Below, in pieces: positions 59,338 to 64,000 of a DNA stretch of 64,000 nt. How positions within the stretch are numbered: position 1 is the first letter of the stretch; every line of letters starts with the position of its first letter. Below the pieces are notes generated by a model, which was given only the letters and a program-made list of their open reading frames with translations, was not told the DNA's origin and searched no databases. The stretch comes from Vulcanimicrobiota bacterium (GTDB lineage Bacteria > Vulcanimicrobiota > Vulcanimicrobiia > Vulcanimicrobiales > Vulcanimicrobiaceae): positions 1,824,001-1,888,000 of the forward strand of contig OY970223.1 in the NCBI GenBank assembly GCA_963714015.1, given 5' to 3'. Position numbers and translations under genes: made by a program.

Positions 59338-60474
59338 ATGGCCGGAATCTACGTCCACCTGCCGTTCTGTCCGTACATTTGCCCTTACTGCGATTTTGCA
59401 AAATGGCCGCACCGGAGCGGCGCCGCGCAACGCTATCTGCAAGCGCTTCTGACAGAGATTCGTTCGCAGCCGCAGGCGAATGGCGGCGAGCAATTTGAAA
59501 CGGTGTTTTTGGGCGGCGGAACGCCCAATACGTACTCGGCGCAAGATATTGCAATTATTTTGGATGAATTGCGATCGCGTTTTCCCGGACCGGCGGGTCG
59601 CGAGACCACCATCGAATTGAATCCGGAACTGGTGCGTGCCGAAGATGTGGACCTCTACCGCGAGGCGGGAATAACGCGTGTTTCCGTCGGCGTGCAGTCG
59701 TTCGCGCCGAACGAGATTCGCACGCTGGGGCGCCGGCATACCGTTCAAGACGTTCGCAGGGTCGTCGAGGCGGCGCGTGCTGCGCGAATCGCCGGCGTGA
59801 GTCTGGATTTGATCTTCGGCGTGCCGGGACAAACGGCGCAGAGTTGGCGGGAGTCGCTCAAAACGGCAGTCGCTTTGGGGGCGGATCATATCTCGACGTA
59901 TGGTCTAACGGTTGAGCCCGGAACGCCGTACGAGCGCTGGAAAGAACGCGACCCTTCGGCCTTTCCGGCGAACGATGACGAGGCGGAGCTTTACGAGATT
60001 GCGATGCTCGAGCTGGAGTCCCACGGATTCGAACACTACGAAATCAGCAATTTCGCAAAGCCGGGGCATCGCAGCGCGCACAACGCCAATTATTGGGCAA
60101 ACGGAGATTACGCCGGACTGGGCGTGGGCGCGGCATCGTACCGCCGCGGGGTACGATGGACGCATACGCGCGACTTGGAGGAGTACATTAACGCGGTATT
60201 AGAAGGTCAACCGATTCCGGCGCAATCAGAAGCGTTGATCGGCGCGCAAAAAGCGGGAGAGGCCGTAATGCTTGCGCTGCGCACGGCGCAAGGGGTATCG
60301 CTGGAGACGTTCAAAGAGCGGTACGGTTTGGACTTTTTGGAATTCTACGCCCCGGTCGTGCAGGAATACAGCGAAATCGGTTTGTTGGAAGTGAGCTCGA
60401 CGCATGCACGGCTGACGCGCCGCGGGCGGTTCTTGGCCAATGACGTATGCGCCGCTTTCGTGACGTTCGCGTAG
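59338..60474 (+). CDS. hemW: Radical SAM heme chaperone
   Basis: '[16 protein letters not shown]', 'GGGTP', 'YEISNFAK', 'HNANYW'. Confidence 0.93.
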   Translation: MAGIYVHLPFCPYICPYCDFAKWPHRSGAAQRYLQALLTEIRSQPQANGGEQFETVFLGGGTPNTYSAQDIAIILDELRSRFPGPAGRETTIELNPELVRAEDVDLYREAGITRVSVGVQSFAPNEIRTLGRRHTVQDVRRVVEAARAARIAGVSLDLIFGVPGQTAQSWRESLKTAVALGADHISTYGLTVEPGTPYERWKERDPSAFPANDDEAELYEIAMLELESHGFEHYEISNFAKPGHRSAHNANYWANGDYAGLGVGAASYRRGVRWTHTRDLEEYINAVLEGQPIPAQSEALIGAQKAGEAVMLALRTAQGVSLETFKERYGLDFLEFYAPVVQEYSEIGLLEVSSTHARLTRRGRFLANDVCAAFVTFA

Positions 60475-60491
60475 GCCCCAGCGTTGCAGGC

Positions 60492-61547
60492 GTGCTGCTG
60501 CGGTTCCTTTTCGCAGTCGTCTTCGGCATAACCGGATTTCTCCTCGGACGCGAAGCGTATATTCACGTTTTCTCCCTGCATTTTTCCAGCGAGGCGCTGC
60601 AAACTGCGCTCACCATCGTACTGCCGATTGCCGGCGCCCTCCTCGGCATCGTGCTGGCGCCGCTCGCGCAATCGCTTTTTGAAGAAGAGCTGAATTTGGT
60701 CGAGCGTGCCATCGAACGGCTGGCGCCGGCCGAACTGGCGGGCGGCGCCGTCGGATTGATCCTGGGTTTACTGATCGCGTTCCTGATCCGCAGCATTTTG
60801 TTCGAATTCATCTCGACCACCGGGCGGGCGGGCAGTTACGTCGCGATTCTGCTGTACCTCATCATCAGCATATTTGCCGCGTATTTGGGCGCGCGCGTGG
60901 GCTCGAGAATGCACATTCTGCCGCTCGCAAGCGTCGGAAGCTTAGCCGGAGCGCCGCCGAAGATCGTCGACACGTCCATACTGATCGACGGCCGAATCGT
61001 CGAGATCTTCGAATCGGGTTTTCTCGACGGGCCGTTGATTCTTCCGCGCTTCGTTCTGCGCGAACTTCAGGCGGTGGCCGATTCGAGCGACGGCATGAAG
61101 CGCACGCGAGGACGACGCGGCTTGGAAGTGCTCAAACGGCTTCAGGAACTGGGTATTTTGGAAGTGAGCGAACGCGACTACGACGATTTGCGCGGCGCGG
61201 ATGCCAAACTGGTGCGCCTCGCCAAAGATTTGGACGGCAAGCTTCTGACCAACGATTATAATCTGAATAGAGTGGCGCACGTGGAAGGCGTGGCCGTCCT
61301 GAACGTCAACGAACTTGCGAACGCAATAAAGCCGGTCGTTTTGCCGGGCGAGGAGATGCACGTGCATATTATTCGCGACGGGAAGGAGCCGCATCAGGGC
61401 GTCGCCTACTTGGACGACGGTACGATGATTGTGGTCGAGAACGGACGGCGTTTAGTGGGCGAGGCGGCCGACGTAGTCGTGACGAGCGTGTTGCAAACTG
61501 CGGCGGGCCGCATGATTTTCGCCAAACCGAAACGGGAGTTTCGTTGA
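60492..61547 (+). CDS. yacL: Membrane PIN/TRAM domain protein (YacL-like)
   Basis: Four TM, '[10 protein letters not shown]', 'RGRRGL', 'TNDYNLN', '[11 protein letters not shown]', 'TSVLQT.AGRMIFA'. Confidence 0.93.
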   Translation: MLLRFLFAVVFGITGFLLGREAYIHVFSLHFSSEALQTALTIVLPIAGALLGIVLAPLAQSLFEEELNLVERAIERLAPAELAGGAVGLILGLLIAFLIRSILFEFISTTGRAGSYVAILLYLIISIFAAYLGARVGSRMHILPLASVGSLAGAPPKIVDTSILIDGRIVEIFESGFLDGPLILPRFVLRELQAVADSSDGMKRTRGRRGLEVLKRLQELGILEVSERDYDDLRGADAKLVRLAKDLDGKLLTNDYNLNRVAHVEGVAVLNVNELANAIKPVVLPGEEMHVHIIRDGKEPHQGVAYLDDGTMIVVENGRRLVGEAADVVVTSVLQTAAGRMIFAKPKREFR

Positions 61548-62266
61548 TGGAGCCTTCCTCGTACGGATGGGCCGCAATTGTTGTAGCGGCAGGCCGCGGG
61601 CGGCGATTCGGCGGCCCTAAGCAGTTGGTGGAGATAGCCGCGCAGCCGATGCTCGCGTGGTCGCTCCGCACGTTTGCCGCGATGGAGGAAGTTGCGCAGT
61701 TGATCGTCGTGACGGAAGCCGAATGGGTGACCGACGTCTCGGCGGTCGTCGAGCGCGTCGCCGGCGTGAAGCGGTGGAGCGTCGTCTGCGGCGGACCTAC
61801 ACGGCAAGCGAGCACGTTTGAGGGCATTCGCGCCGTTCAGCCGCAATGTACGGCGGTGTTCGTTCACGACGGTGCTCGTCCGCTGATTCGCGAGAGCGAC
61901 GTGCGCGCGGGAATGGAAGCCGTGCAGCCGGGGCATGGTTCGCTGCTTGCGATTCCCGTGGTCGATACGATCAAACGCGTCGCGTCTCACAGTCACGTCG
62001 TTGCCGAGACATTGGATCGCGATCTGCTGTGGGCGGCGCAGACGCCGCAGTTTGCGATGGTTGCGGACCTTCGCGCAGCGCATGAAGCGGGGCGCCGCAC
62101 CCAAGTCGAAGCGACGGACGATGCGATGCTTCTGGAACAGGCCGGCGTTCGCGTGCACGTGGTTTCGGGATCGCCGGAGAATTTCAAAGTCACCGTTCCG
62201 GAAGATCGCGAGCGCGCGGAACAGATACTTCGTTTGCGGTTCGCCGCGCAGCAGGGACGCCCGTGA
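61544..62266 (+). CDS. ispD: 2-C-methyl-D-erythritol 4-phosphate cytidylyltransferase
   Basis: '[11 protein letters not shown]', 'VHDGARP', 'QTPQ', 'TDD', 'NFKVT.PED'. Confidence 0.96.
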   Translation: MMEPSSYGWAAIVVAAGRGRRFGGPKQLVEIAAQPMLAWSLRTFAAMEEVAQLIVVTEAEWVTDVSAVVERVAGVKRWSVVCGGPTRQASTFEGIRAVQPQCTAVFVHDGARPLIRESDVRAGMEAVQPGHGSLLAIPVVDTIKRVASHSHVVAETLDRDLLWAAQTPQFAMVADLRAAHEAGRRTQVEATDDAMLLEQAGVRVHVVSGSPENFKVTVPEDRERAEQILRLRFAAQQGRP

Positions 62267-62736
62267 CGCGGGTAGGACATGGGTTCGACGCGCACCGTCT
62301 AGCGGAAGGGCGTAAACTGATTTTGGCCGGAGTGGAGATTCCGCATGAAACGGGCGCACTCGGGCATTCGGATGCGGATGTCGTGGCACACGCGATTAGC
62401 GATGCCTTGCTCGGCGCGGCCGCTTTGGGCGATCTGGGCGGCCGTTTTCCCGATACGGACGAGCGGTGGAAGGGCGCGAATTCAATGAAGCTGCTCGCGC
62501 AGTGCGTCGAAGAAGTGCGCGCCGCTGGATATGCGATTGCCAACGTCGACGCGACGATCGTGCTGCAGCGGCCGAAGCTCGCGCCGTATATCGCGAAAAT
62601 GCGCGAGAACGCGGCGCGATGCCTTGATATAGAGCCGTCGCACGTGAGCGTGAAAGCCAAGACCAGCGAGGGCATGGGCTATACGGGCGACGGTTCGGGG
62701 ATTGCGGCTTACGCAGTAGTGTTAATCGAGAAATGA
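62263..62736 (+). CDS. ispF: 2-C-methyl-D-erythritol 2,4-cyclodiphosphate synthase
   Basis: 'GHGFDAH', 'GHSDADV..HA..DALLGA', 'VKAKTSE'. Confidence 0.97.
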   Translation: MTRVGHGFDAHRLAEGRKLILAGVEIPHETGALGHSDADVVAHAISDALLGAAALGDLGGRFPDTDERWKGANSMKLLAQCVEEVRAAGYAIANVDATIVLQRPKLAPYIAKMRENAARCLDIEPSHVSVKAKTSEGMGYTGDGSGIAAYAVVLIEK

Positions 62737-63287
62737 TTGCGCGCGGTGAGCTTGCAGCGGAGATGCAGCGTTGGGGTTTTTTGGAAGATCCGGCGCCTGA
62801 GGCGGCGTTGCGCTGGATCGACACGTTTTTGGAAGCCTACGGCGATCGCTTGCAGTCGGTGAATGACGCCCGGCCCTACGTTGCCGAACTGCGCATGGAG
62901 GCGTGCGTTATTCCGGCGCTGGAACTGGAGCGTCTGCGAACACGCGAAGTACTATTCTTTTTGGACACCGTCGGACAGTACGTGGATAGCCAGGCGGAGT
63001 TGCGAGGCTTACCGCTGGAACACGACTTGGTCGAAATGGCGAAAGAATTCGGCATTTCGCCCAGCGACGCGCGCTACGCCGCGCGCATGGCTCTTACCGG
63101 GAAAACGGAAGGGCCGCCGCTGGAATTGTTGTTCCCGCTGCTCGGCCACGATAGGATCTTGATCCGGATCGGCGCAGTGAATTCCCGACTGTTGCACGGT
63201 CGCGGTCTCGAACCGATCAAATACGGCCCCGGCGGAGTTCCATTCGAACCGATCCACGGTACTCGTCCGGATGAAGACGACGTTTGA
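62733..63287 (+). CDS. Stand-alone glutamyl-tRNA synthetase anticodon-binding-domain protein
   Basis: 'RMALTGKTEGPPLELLFPLLGHDRILIRI' fits the GluRS C-terminal consensus; no HIGH/KMSKS domain; ATGA overlap with ispF. Confidence 0.75.
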   Translation: MIARGELAAEMQRWGFLEDPAPEAALRWIDTFLEAYGDRLQSVNDARPYVAELRMEACVIPALELERLRTREVLFFLDTVGQYVDSQAELRGLPLEHDLVEMAKEFGISPSDARYAARMALTGKTEGPPLELLFPLLGHDRILIRIGAVNSRLLHGRGLEPIKYGPGGVPFEPIHGTRPDEDDV

Positions 63288-63314
63288 CGGCCTGCATTCC
63301 CCAGGGTCTTCCAA

Positions 63315-63590
63315 TTAAACGGTCTGACGGCTGCGAACCCAGCCGAGCACTTTCGCGGCTACGTCTTGAGGCTGCACGTTCGTCCAGGTCCGAAAAGTCG
63401 TACCTGCGGTAAATCCGGGATGCTGTCCTTGCATTTGAACCATTACTTCGATGGCTTCGTTCCGGTTTTTGAGCGAGACGTTGAAAGCGTCGTACCAGTA
63501 CACCGGGCCGCGCGGATCCGTCCCCGGACTAACGGGGCCGAGCGCGCTTAGAAAATCCGCGCGCCATTCTTCGAACGTCGAAAATCGCAT
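63315..63590 (-). CDS. Hypothetical protein
   Basis: RBS GGAGG + ATG; 91 aa with protein-like composition. Confidence 0.65.
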   Translation of the reverse strand: MRFSTFEEWRADFLSALGPVSPGTDPRGPVYWYDAFNVSLKNRNEAIEVMVQMQGQHPGFTAGTTFRTWTNVQPQDVAAKVLGWVRSRQTV

Positions 63591-63642
63591 ACACCCTCCG
63601 TCCAGGGCGAAAGGTTCCGCCGCCGCTGCGGAGTTCCTCGGT

Positions 63643-63671
63643 AATAGAAGAGCCGCCCTCGTGGACGGCTC
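63643..63671 (-). terminator. Probable terminator
   Basis: Minus strand GAGCCGTCC-ACGA-GGGCGGCTC then TTCTATT. Confidence 0.45.
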
Positions 63672-63699
63672 CCGCGGCGATCGACGTCGAAGCCCTCGC

Positions 63700-64000
63700 C
63701 TACATGGGCGGCTTGATGTCGGCGACGCTATTGTACTGCGAAAACGTCCAGGTCTCGTCCTTGCCGAGGTATTGAACCGGAAGACCGTTCGCGCCGATCA
63801 GGAGGTCGAACGTGTCACCGTTTTGCCTGTTGACCACGTGATACTTGTGTGCGGCGGCAGTCGTCATACCCTTATCCGTAACGTTGTATTTTTTTCTAAT
63901 GTCGGAACTTTCCAGATTGAGCGTACGCAGATGTTCCATCAACGTGACCGCCATTGCAGGCTGCCCCGGCCGGGCCATCCATCTGCCGTCCATGCCTTCC
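63700..64000 (-). CDS. 3' part of a hypothetical protein (LppX/LolA-like C-terminus); runs off the window
   Basis: 'LLIG.NGLP', 'TFSQYN..DIKPP' ending. Confidence 0.6.
   Translation of the reverse strand, partial: EGMDGRWMARPGQPAMAVTLMEHLRTLNLESSDIRKKYNVTDKGMTTAAAHKYHVVNRQNGDTFDLLIGANGLPVQYLGKDETWTFSQYNSVADIKPPM

Noticed and set aside
1..64000. CRISPR array, tRNA or rRNA genes
   Set aside because: No regularly spaced repeats, cloverleaf/T-loop context or rRNA signature seen by eye; intergenic spaces are short

Overview
A GC-rich (roughly 60-65% by eye), gene-dense bacterial chromosomal segment. Diderm markers (TolC, outer-membrane barrels) occur together with Terrabacteria-type gene order (PASTA protein-rpe...rpmB-fakA-plsX-degV; yacL-ispD-ispF). 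From this I infer a Candidatus Eremiobacterota (Vulcanimicrobiota)-like organism, not proven. Contents in order: a LolA-like/TetR/EmrAB-TolC efflux operon; a pentose phosphate operon (tkt, tal-pgi fusion, gnd, zwf, opcA, pgl); dapD plus an aminotransferase; an HxlR-regulated cluster; two tandem Cys-containing paralogs downstream of an M16 peptidase and an SSADH; ftcD and radA; a cmk-plsC-polyprenyl synthase-double GT-C-yebC-PASTA-rpe-thiL-pdxK-like operon; and a ~15 kb accessory region (40.1-55.1 kb). The accessory region holds two paralogous CBM9/DUF5916-like envelope proteins sharing an unassigned AACTAA-N4-(T/A)TA(G/A)TT operator, a GH20 hexosaminidase, an ArsR-SRPBCC pair, a cytochrome c, and a ~3.9 kb lower-GC islet bounded by 23-bp direct repeats (propeller-like lipoprotein, GH26-like lipoprotein, decayed IS3). 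The window ends with rpmB, fakA, plsX, degV, hemW, yacL, ispD, ispF and, where gltX usually sits, a stand-alone GluRS anticodon-binding-domain protein. Four single-base frameshifts (pgl, tal-pgi, GH20, GH26-like) look like sequencing/assembly errors. No rRNA, tRNA or CRISPR array was seen. Family calls come from motif recognition by eye; no searches were run.
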